Shown: positions 45,025 through 52,791 of the stretch, one piece after another
Layout: every line of letters begins with the position of its first letter
Position numbering within the stretch: the stretch's first letter is position 1
Source: Candidatus Woesearchaeota archaeon
GTDB lineage: Archaea; Nanobdellota; Nanobdellia; Parvarchaeales; Parvarchaeaceae
Length of the DNA stretch: 53,708 nt
Assembly: GCA_964641875.1 (NCBI GenBank)
Contig: CAZXLU010000002.1
Span: forward strand, 1-53,708
Direction: 5' to 3'
Position numbers and translations under genes: made by a program
Notes under the pieces: model-generated
The model's database searches: none
What the model was told of the DNA's origin: nothing
What the model saw: only the letters and a program-made list of their open reading frames with translations

Positions 45025-45298
45025 AGAATTAAAGGAGAGAGCAGAAAAAGAGATAAAAATGATGCGGAAGGTTTTCTCGAAGATAGAATTGATTAATGAA
45101 AACGATAAATTAGCAGACGAATTCTTTAATATGGCTTCAAACTACTTTAAAGACAGCAATTTTTTCTTTCAAAATAAGGATTATATAAGGGCATTTGAAG
45201 CGATAGTTATAAGCTGGAGTTATGTAGATGCTGGGATAAAGGCGGGAATGTTCTCTGTTAGTAAAGAACTTAAAAATTATTTTACATCTTCTGATTAA
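45017..45298 (+). CDS. DUF357-family protein
   Basis: DYIRAFEAIVISWSYVDAGIKAGMF matches the DUF357 signature (DY..A.....YA.GWLDAG). It overlaps fen by 8 nt. Confidence 0.65.
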   Translation: MAEELKERAEKEIKMMRKVFSKIELINENDKLADEFFNMASNYFKDSNFFFQNKDYIRAFEAIVISWSYVDAGIKAGMFSVSKELKNYFTSSD

Positions 45299-45362
45299 AG
45301 TGAAATTTTTAACAAAACTATAAAATATACTAGTTTTTAGTGCTAATTTTAAAATGAAAATA

Positions 45363-45370
45363 TTTATATA
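45363..45370 (+). promoter_or_regulatory. TATA-box candidate for the 45392 gene
   Basis: TTTATATA ends 21 nt before the ATG. Confidence 0.4.
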
Positions 45371-45391
45371 TTATAATGTAGTAAAGATTTT

Positions 45392-46588
45392 ATGGTTGTA
45401 GAAAGAGAGAGAATCCCTGCAGTTGTAATACTACTGCTTATGTTGATTGGTTCTGTAGTCATATATCTTTTATTAGTCCCGCCACCTGTAGCTTATAAAC
45501 TTCTTGGTATAAACAATACCAGCACTTCCGTTCCGACCATACCAAAAGGAGAGTTCTACAAAAGCCTAAACATTTATATAGGTGGTAATAGCAAGCCAAT
45601 CAACACTAGTTATTCAATAGGCACTTTTGGAGTAGATTTCCCGATATCAAATTCGACAATTTTCAATAAAAGTGATATTTCAATAGGCTCAAGCATATTT
45701 GGCTCGTCATCATACAATTTAGATTTTAATTCATCACAGAATTCTACCTACTTTTTAATTGTGAAAGTCGAATCCGTTTCAGGAAGTCCAAAGATGACAT
45801 TCTCACTGAATGGTAAAAGTTTCTTCTCAACATTACCAGCAAAAAATGAGACAATAACCGAGAAAATTCCAGTTAATTCAAATTCTAAAAACTTGCTATC
45901 TATAACCGACAGTTTAAACGGTTTTGCATTTACACAATCATTTAAACTATCAAACGTACAGGTTGTAGAAGAAAAGGGGAAGAACAATGCTTATTCTATT
46001 CCAATAAAAATATTAACTTTCAGTGGAGTAGGGGATTATTCTCTAGATTACACCCCTATAGGATATGGCTTATTGAATGTCTACATAAATAATCAAATTG
46101 TATCAAGCATAAACAGCGGAAATGATACACAGCAAGAAGTAAATATCCCTCCTAATGTTATATCAAGGGCAATAAGGAATTCAAATGCCTCTTCTGTTGT
46201 TTTTCCAGTAGAATTTAATGTGGCTTTTCAACCTGCGGAAAACGTCTCTTATGAAATTGCAAATGCCGCGCTTAATTACGAGATACCTTTTATAGCGGAA
46301 AATTCTCCATCAATATACTATTCTGTGAACGCTACAAAAAGCAATTACATACTTACTTTTGATGTTTCCAGTATAATAGATAAGGGCAATGTCTACTTTT
46401 ATTTCACTCCCAGCGGCAGTAATGTTACAATGGCTGCAAGTCAATTATCAAGTGGAGAAAATGTTCTTTTAATCCCTTCTACTTATCTTGGCAATCCTTC
46501 AAATGGAAATTATAGTGGCACTATAAAAATATCTTCAAATGGTTTAGTTATACCATCGTTCATCTCATTAAAATCTCTTTCCAGTTGA
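45392..46588 (+). CDS. N-terminally anchored, sequon-rich extracellular protein (first gene of the surface locus)
   Basis: ERERIPAVVILLLMLIGSVVIYLLLV anchor, loosely like the haloarchaeal pilin-N pattern. Many N-x-S/T sequons. Confidence 0.6.
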   Translation: MVVERERIPAVVILLLMLIGSVVIYLLLVPPPVAYKLLGINNTSTSVPTIPKGEFYKSLNIYIGGNSKPINTSYSIGTFGVDFPISNSTIFNKSDISIGSSIFGSSSYNLDFNSSQNSTYFLIVKVESVSGSPKMTFSLNGKSFFSTLPAKNETITEKIPVNSNSKNLLSITDSLNGFAFTQSFKLSNVQVVEEKGKNNAYSIPIKILTFSGVGDYSLDYTPIGYGLLNVYINNQIVSSINSGNDTQQEVNIPPNVISRAIRNSNASSVVFPVEFNVAFQPAENVSYEIANAALNYEIPFIAENSPSIYYSVNATKSNYILTFDVSSIIDKGNVYFYFTPSGSNVTMAASQLSSGENVLLIPSTYLGNPSNGNYSGTIKISSNGLVIPSFISLKSLSS

Positions 46589-46590
46589 AA

Positions 46591-46598
46591 TTTAAATA
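46591..46598 (+). promoter_or_regulatory. TATA-box candidate for the zinc-finger gene
   Basis: TTTAAATA ends 21 nt before the ATG at 46620. Confidence 0.4.
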
Positions 46599-46619
46599 TG
46601 AAGAAGTAGTATCCTTATT

Positions 46620-48068
46620 ATGTTGATAAAGCTTAATAAGAAGGGGCAGGCAGCCGGCGGGGCATCACAACCACCCAATAATCCGCCTCCAAAAGATAAT
46701 AATCCAACGCTCAAAGGTAAGAGGAAATTTACATGTGAGGTATGTGGTCAGAGATTTCCTACAAAGGGATCGTTATGGGCCCATTTACAAAACGTTCATG
46801 GTTATTCTCCACAGCTATTAGAATTAGAAGAAGAAAAGAAAAAAAATAGAAAATTGCTAAACACAGATAGTATTATAAGATCTGCGAAAAAACATTCTAT
46901 TTTGCTTGCACCATTTATTATTATAATAATCCTTGTAGTTGTTTACTTCGCATTTTATGCATCCACTAATGTCGGGATAGTTTACACTGAAGTAACATAC
47001 GGAAGTATCTTTTCAAAGGTAAGCGGGCTTATTTCTTCCGGGTTTTCAGCTATCTCAACCTTTATAGCCGAGATACAGAATCCAAATCTACTGATATCAC
47101 AACCACATGTTACTAGTACAAATTCCACACCAACATTTTCTTCCTTTTTAACATTTAATTACCCACCAGATCAAGAGGTTGTTTTAACTAGCAATCCGCA
47201 GCAAGGGTCAATATTCTATTCTGTTACGAATAATGCTAATGTTCCATTGGGCCCAGGTACTTCTAATAATCTGCTTGTGAATATCTCCTGTGGGAGTACA
47301 GTATCTACTGGGGCAGCGCAGTATTGCAAAGATATGTTAACTAAGTTTATAAATCCCGTAGAAACAAGTAGCTCTCCACCTTCCGTTAACGATCAATCTT
47401 TAATAAATATCCTAGCTCCAGGAGAAACAAAAGAGAATACAACTTATTTCGATCTATCATGTCCTAGCAAAAAATTGACTTTTCCATTATCAATGTCATT
47501 GCTTGCAACTTTCTTAATAAAAAATTATACTGCTGCAGTTATTCTGCCAGTAGAATTCATGTCCAATTCCTTTCAAAATCAATTGCTATCCTCAGATCAG
47601 GCATTTGTTCCTTCAGAGCCTTCGTTTAATTTTTATTCCTCTGGTCCAGTTCAGATGGAAGTTTATACTGATGCAAGACAACCTATACTGACAAAAATAA
47701 ATTCGCTTCCATTGCAGGTAACAATAAAAAACAATGGAAACTATCCTTACGATATCAATAATTTGTCATTGTATATAAGCAAAGCGTTTTATCCTACAAA
47801 CCCATCAACAAGTTATTGGAAATGCTCTACTGCAACGCCTTTTATTAGACAAGGTTTTCATTTCCCTGGAAATAGTTATTGGAATTGTTACATAGATAAT
47901 AGTAATATACTTTCTTCAGGGAAAAGTTTTTATCTTGGTTTGCCAGCAGTAAATTCATTAAATGGTATGCACTTCAATACAATGACAATAATTGGTTATG
48001 TTAATTATAATTATAACGAAAGCTTAAACATGCCAGTAGTTGTAAGCAATCAAACATGTAAGAGTTGA
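46620..48068 (+). CDS. Membrane protein: prepilin-like leader (NKKGQ), Pro-rich spacer, classical C2H2 zinc finger, TM helix, ectodomain paralogous to the downstream pilin-like proteins
   Basis: FTCEVCGQRFPTKGSLWAHLQNVH (C-x2-C-x12-H-x4-H, nt 46728-46799). TM ILLAPFIIIIILVVVYFAFYA. The ectodomain has LQVTIKNNGNYPYDINNLSLYI and a C-terminal VNYNYN motif. Confidence 0.65.
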   Translation: MLIKLNKKGQAAGGASQPPNNPPPKDNNPTLKGKRKFTCEVCGQRFPTKGSLWAHLQNVHGYSPQLLELEEEKKKNRKLLNTDSIIRSAKKHSILLAPFIIIIILVVVYFAFYASTNVGIVYTEVTYGSIFSKVSGLISSGFSAISTFIAEIQNPNLLISQPHVTSTNSTPTFSSFLTFNYPPDQEVVLTSNPQQGSIFYSVTNNANVPLGPGTSNNLLVNISCGSTVSTGAAQYCKDMLTKFINPVETSSSPPSVNDQSLINILAPGETKENTTYFDLSCPSKKLTFPLSMSLLATFLIKNYTAAVILPVEFMSNSFQNQLLSSDQAFVPSEPSFNFYSSGPVQMEVYTDARQPILTKINSLPLQVTIKNNGNYPYDINNLSLYISKAFYPTNPSTSYWKCSTATPFIRQGFHFPGNSYWNCYIDNSNILSSGKSFYLGLPAVNSLNGMHFNTMTIIGYVNYNYNESLNMPVVVSNQTCKS

Positions 48069-48069
48069 T

Positions 48070-49059
48070 ATGATAAATAAAAAAGGAGCAAGTGGTGTAG
48101 TTGGCGGCGTTTTCGTACTTATAATAATTGTAATATTGTTCCTATATGGACCAATAATACTCAATAAAATAGGTTTCTCCCCAGTTCCATCAGCTAGTTC
48201 TTTGAATAAAACAGTAGCAGTTGGGGTTGTTTCAATAAATTCTCCTTCCAAAGTTTCTCCATCATCTAAATTTGGAGTCACTTTTCTTGTTGCAAATAAT
48301 CTCAATGGAGCGGCAGCTTCAAACATATTTTTCTGCTTGGATAATCTTGGCTTATTCTCAATAGTCTCAAGCCCGCAAGAATCCAATCCAAGTCCAAATG
48401 GAAACGCTATAACAAGTGGTAGGTGTGTCAGTATACCATCACTTGCAACTGGTAGCATACTTTCAGAGGGTTTTACATTGTCAGCACCGCCAGCTAGTTA
48501 TTACGGTAACATACAATATTCACAAAATTTAGGTTATTACTTAAATTTCTCTTATGTTGGAAAGGCAATGCAACAGTTAGAATTCGTCTCACAAAGTGCA
48601 AGCAATAGCGGAAATTATCCTTCACCAACAACCCAAACTTCAGGAGTAACGGCAGGCCCTATAGAGATATCTTCTTCATCTTCACAGCCGGTAGTGTATG
48701 GACAGGACATAGAACTTACTATAAATCTTAATAATATAGGGTTGGGCACTCCTATAGGTAAGGCAAATCTTTCAATATATATAAATAGTTCAATACTTAC
48801 AATTACCGGAGCGAATGCCTTAGGATTAAAAACTAGACAATTTAGCAATGGAACTGAAGTCTTGTATGATCAAGTATCTATAGGCCCTAACGGCGCTTCT
48901 ATAACGCTGCCGGTTGCCTTATCCTCTTCGGAATCAACTAAGTTATCAAATTCAAACGTTCCAGTTTTTACTGATGATATGAATTTTAATGTTCATTATT
49001 CATATGAGCAAGAAGGATATATACCAATAAGTTTGTATATATCTCCATATTCAATCTAA
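48070..49059 (+). CDS. Class III (prepilin-type) signal peptide protein, ~300-aa pilin-like/adhesin subunit
   Basis: MINKKG/ASGVVGGVFVLIIIVILFLYG. The start lies 1 nt after the upstream stop. Ectodomain motif ELTINLNNIGLGTPIGKANLSIYI. Confidence 0.65.
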   Translation: MINKKGASGVVGGVFVLIIIVILFLYGPIILNKIGFSPVPSASSLNKTVAVGVVSINSPSKVSPSSKFGVTFLVANNLNGAAASNIFFCLDNLGLFSIVSSPQESNPSPNGNAITSGRCVSIPSLATGSILSEGFTLSAPPASYYGNIQYSQNLGYYLNFSYVGKAMQQLEFVSQSASNSGNYPSPTTQTSGVTAGPIEISSSSSQPVVYGQDIELTINLNNIGLGTPIGKANLSIYINSSILTITGANALGLKTRQFSNGTEVLYDQVSIGPNGASITLPVALSSSESTKLSNSNVPVFTDDMNFNVHYSYEQEGYIPISLYISPYSI

Positions 49060-49072
49060 TTGAAAATTAAGT

Positions 49073-49081
49073 TTTTATATA
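49073..49081 (+). promoter_or_regulatory. TATA-box candidate for the 49103 gene
   Basis: TTTTATATA ends 21 nt before the ATG. Confidence 0.4.
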
Positions 49082-49102
49082 CTTATTGTACATATAATCT
49101 AT

Positions 49103-50029
49103 ATGTATAATAAGGGTGCAAGCGGTGCAGCTATTGTCGGCGTTTTAATTATCGTTATAATATTGATAGTTGTTATATATGGAATTAACAGCGGAAAATT
49201 GAATTTTGGTAAAACCAAGTCTTCAACTCCAAATTCTTTCTATATATCTGCAAGTTTAAATGCCACATCAATTTATTCCGGACATTCTGCACCATTATAT
49301 CTCACTTTTTTTAATCCTTTTAACCAGCCGGTTAACCTCCAATTACAGGCAGAGATCGGTTCACCTAATTATGTTGCGATTTCACCAAGTTCAAAAACAA
49401 TAAGCATGCCTGCTTCTATGTCTACACCAACTTCTGTTCTATTTAATGTTTCCTGCCTTGGTTCCAGTTCTAGCGTTTCTTCAACTTACCTTTTTTCATC
49501 GAAAGTTACAGACTTTTGGCAAAATTTTACAACATCTGTGATAACTTATCCATATGGCATAGCTTCATCATTGATACCACAAACGATTTATAATAATACT
49601 AATCAGGGATTCATGTCAGTTACTGCAAACCCAATTTCTATAGAAACTCAGATACCTTCTGGCTCTTTATCACAAAATATGAATCTAGCTATATCACCAA
49701 CCTATGATAGTGGCGAACCATATACGGAAATCTCTTCCGGAACCCCAAATAAGGTTTTGAGCAATATAATAATTACAATAAAAAATTCGTCAGGAATAGC
49801 GTCGGCATCCGCATATTACAATGGTCAAACTTATCCATTTTCTGTTTCAGGTAAAACTCTAAAGCTTTCCCTTTCAAACGTAAATTTGGCATTGATAAAG
49901 CCTTATTTGACATTTGATATAAGAGCAACTAATCTAAATTCTACTTCGCAGAATATAGTAAACATAGATATAAATTACAATTATTACTTCTCATTCCCAG
50001 GTTCTCCAGCTCAAATATCTTGTGATTAA
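49103..50029 (+). CDS. Class III signal peptide protein, pilin-like paralog
   Basis: MYNKG/ASGAAIVGVLIIVIILIVVIYG. Motifs LYLTFFNPFNQPVNLQL and C-terminal INYNYY. Confidence 0.65.
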   Translation: MYNKGASGAAIVGVLIIVIILIVVIYGINSGKLNFGKTKSSTPNSFYISASLNATSIYSGHSAPLYLTFFNPFNQPVNLQLQAEIGSPNYVAISPSSKTISMPASMSTPTSVLFNVSCLGSSSSVSSTYLFSSKVTDFWQNFTTSVITYPYGIASSLIPQTIYNNTNQGFMSVTANPISIETQIPSGSLSQNMNLAISPTYDSGEPYTEISSGTPNKVLSNIIITIKNSSGIASASAYYNGQTYPFSVSGKTLKLSLSNVNLALIKPYLTFDIRATNLNSTSQNIVNIDINYNYYFSFPGSPAQISCD

Positions 50030-50915
50030 TATGGATAAAAAAGGACAAAGTGGGGTTATAATAATTGTTATAGTAATAATAGTAATTGGTATTCTCTTCT
50101 TATACCATGAAGGTTATTTTAGTGCAAAAACATCAATAACCACTACTAAGCAGAATGTAAATCCTTACCTTCCAATTTCTTTTAATATTTCTTCTACAAA
50201 TAACCTAGCTCATCTTTATACAAATCAAAATATAAACATAATTTCCAGTTTAGTTAATTCCGGAAACGAGCCTATAAACTTAATTCTTTCTCCTTACGGC
50301 TGCTCTTTCCTTCCAATACAAAATAAAAGCGTTTCAATACCAGCCGGTTCTTCAACGTCTTTACAATGGACTTTTTCCGGATCCAATCCGACTACTTGCA
50401 GTATAACGCTTCTTGCTTGTTTTAATGCAGTTTCTTATACAAATTACCCTTTGACTATAGAGAGCTATAAATTTACTGGAAAAGCCCCAAGTTCCGCTTC
50501 AACGGCATCTTCTGGTTTACCAATAGATTTATTCTTACAGTCATTTAACTCAACAATAGTAGCTGGGCCTTCTCCAGTTAATAATACAGAATACATTTAT
50601 GGATACGCATTAACATCTACAGGTTCTACTTCAAGGCTCAATTGGGTTTCAATCTCGATAAATAATGGAAAAGGTTACTTTACAACATCTACTGGGAAAA
50701 CCCTAGAAATAAATCCAAATATAAACATAACAAATTCACAGTATCCATTAACATTTGAACATGGCAAACTTCTAGCTCCCGTATCATTTTCATTGCTAGT
50801 TCAGCCAGTTTCAAATTCTTTAGGTTATTACACTGGAGCAGCAATAAACGTAAGCGCTGGTTATACTTATTGTTTAACTTCAAACAGCATACCTATAACA
50901 TTACATAGCTCTTGA
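50022..50915 (+). CDS. Class III signal peptide protein, pilin-like paralog
   Basis: MINMDKKG/QSGVIIIVIVIIVIGILFLY. Motif SSLVNSGNEPINLIL. The start may be ATG 50031, just after the upstream stop. Confidence 0.65.
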   Translation: MINMDKKGQSGVIIIVIVIIVIGILFLYHEGYFSAKTSITTTKQNVNPYLPISFNISSTNNLAHLYTNQNINIISSLVNSGNEPINLILSPYGCSFLPIQNKSVSIPAGSSTSLQWTFSGSNPTTCSITLLACFNAVSYTNYPLTIESYKFTGKAPSSASTASSGLPIDLFLQSFNSTIVAGPSPVNNTEYIYGYALTSTGSTSRLNWVSISINNGKGYFTTSTGKTLEINPNINITNSQYPLTFEHGKLLAPVSFSLLVQPVSNSLGYYTGAAINVSAGYTYCLTSNSIPITLHSS

Positions 50916-51656
50916 ATTATCTAATAAAAGATTTATCGCTTCTTCTTCATTTTTGCTTAATTCCCCGGGTATTAATATCACCAAAGGCGGTTTTAATTTT
51001 TCTATTTCTTTACCTATAGCTTTTTCTATCTTTTGAGAAGCACCGCCAAGCCTGGAAACCACAAGGACATTTTCCCAATTAATTATTTTTTTATTTCTCT
51101 TTTGCTCTATGTTTTTTATTATCATGACAGCATCTTTAGCATTTAAAAAAGTATTTTCATCTCTTACTTCTAAAAGTATTAAAGAATGGTAATTCAATGA
51201 AAGGTTTTTTTCTATAACATCGAAAAAGCTTTCTGGTTTAAAATTTTCTGTGTATATGGGTATACTGGTTGTACCACCGAATTTGTACAAAGATAATCCT
51301 GTTTCACCAAGTGCAGAAAATATGCTTGAAGCGTGTACAATTTCAAATTTTATATTTTTTTCTATGCAATCTTGTATGATAGAAAAATGTGTTGTTGCTG
51401 CCAACGGGTCTCCAGGGACTAAAATAACAATATCTTTATCTTTTGCTTTTTCAACGATGAAACTGCTTTCCAGAGTTTCTCTTTTTATTATACTTATTTT
51501 TTTATTAGTTGTTTTTTCAAGCTCATCCAGAAAACTTATGTCATTTAAATTCGTATATCTTTCAAGGAATGCTTCGTCACAATTTTTTATAAGATCTATC
51601 GCTCTAAATGGCAAATCATTTAAATAATATAATCCAGTACCTATTAAGTGTAGCAT
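50901..51656 (-). CDS. dph5: Diphthine synthase (Dph5)
   Basis: MLHLIGTGLYYLNDLPFRAIDLIKNCDEAFLERYT and VPGDPLAATTH, a tetrapyrrole-methylase fold typical of Dph5. Confidence 0.9.
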   Translation of the reverse strand: MLHLIGTGLYYLNDLPFRAIDLIKNCDEAFLERYTNLNDISFLDELEKTTNKKISIIKRETLESSFIVEKAKDKDIVILVPGDPLAATTHFSIIQDCIEKNIKFEIVHASSIFSALGETGLSLYKFGGTTSIPIYTENFKPESFFDVIEKNLSLNYHSLILLEVRDENTFLNAKDAVMIIKNIEQKRNKKIINWENVLVVSRLGGASQKIEKAIGKEIEKLKPPLVILIPGELSKNEEEAINLLLDNSRAM

Positions 51657-52494
51657 GGTATATCAAATGGATTATGTAATATTTATCTTTGTGCTTGCCA
51701 TACTTACAGCAGCATCTATAAGCGACTTTAAAAGTAGAGAGGTTCCGGATTCAATAAGTTATATCCTTATAATAGGTAGTTTTTTACTTGTTTTGGCTTA
51801 TTCAATAGAGTATAAGACAATATCAAATTTATTATATATGCCGCTATCTATACTGTTAATAGCTGGTTTTTCTTATATTATGTATAGGATAGGCCAATGG
51901 GGAGGCGGCGACGTAAAGCTTTTATTTGGTTTAAGCTTGGTTTTTACTTCTTTAAACCTGTTTTCAAATACTTCTTTTGTAGCATTGTTAATAAACATAC
52001 TTCTTTTCGGTGGTGTTTATGGTTTATTAGGCACTATAATATTAGGACTTGTAAAGATTAAGAAACTTAAAAAATATTTTAAAGCATATGATATCCCTTT
52101 TTTTGCAGTAATGGCAATCATTATAGTAATATCAATTTTCCTTATCCCATTACCACTTAATGTTTTTATTTCCATTGCAGCTTTCATGCTTTTTTCATTG
52201 CGTTTTTTATTCCTTGTTGCAAACAATTTAATGTATGTTAATGAAAAAGTAGAAAAGCTTACAGAAGGAGACTGGATCGCTGAAATTCCTAAAGATAAAA
52301 ATGGAAAGAATATAATAGCAGATAGAAGTACGGGGTTGACTCTATCAGACATACAGAAACTCAAAGAAAGCGGAGTTAAAGAAGTTTTAGTAAAAATAGG
52401 TCTGCCATTTGTTCCTGGAATATTGTTTGCAGTTATTATAACGATTGTTTTTGGAAATCCTCTGCTTCAAATCCTCTCTTCTTTGTATCTTTAG
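51655..52494 (+). CDS. A24-family prepilin/preflagellin peptidase (PibD/FlaK/EppA-like) with an archaeal C-terminal domain
   Basis: First Asp motif SISDFKSREVPD and second Asp motif WGGGDVKLL. A soluble insert EKLTEGDWIAE...VKEVLVKIGLPFVPG precedes the last TM. Confidence 0.85.
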   Translation: MVYQMDYVIFIFVLAILTAASISDFKSREVPDSISYILIIGSFLLVLAYSIEYKTISNLLYMPLSILLIAGFSYIMYRIGQWGGGDVKLLFGLSLVFTSLNLFSNTSFVALLINILLFGGVYGLLGTIILGLVKIKKLKKYFKAYDIPFFAVMAIIIVISIFLIPLPLNVFISIAAFMLFSLRFLFLVANNLMYVNEKVEKLTEGDWIAEIPKDKNGKNIIADRSTGLTLSDIQKLKESGVKEVLVKIGLPFVPGILFAVIITIVFGNPLLQILSSLYL

Positions 52495-52791
52495 AAATCC
52501 AGGATATTTTCATCCCTCTCTAACTCATAATCCTCGTCTGGGTCCTCTCCTTCTCTATCAGTAATAGAAAATTCCTTTCTTTTCATAAATACACTACAAT
52601 ATAGTAATATAGTTTGTTCTATTTAAATATTTCTAATTTATAAATACCAACTAAAATAGTGATTTTATTCAAAAATCATGTGTTAATATATTGACTGCAA
52701 ATATGGCCTTTTAAAATTAACCTTTAAATTTTGATTTTTTAAAGTATTTATCTTATTATTTAGAGAGATAATTATAGGGATAAAATATTTT

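Noticed and set aside
48024-48458. 144-aa minus-strand ORF
   Set aside because: It is antisense to the class III signal-peptide gene 48070..49059 and the end of 46620..48068, and shows no motifs.
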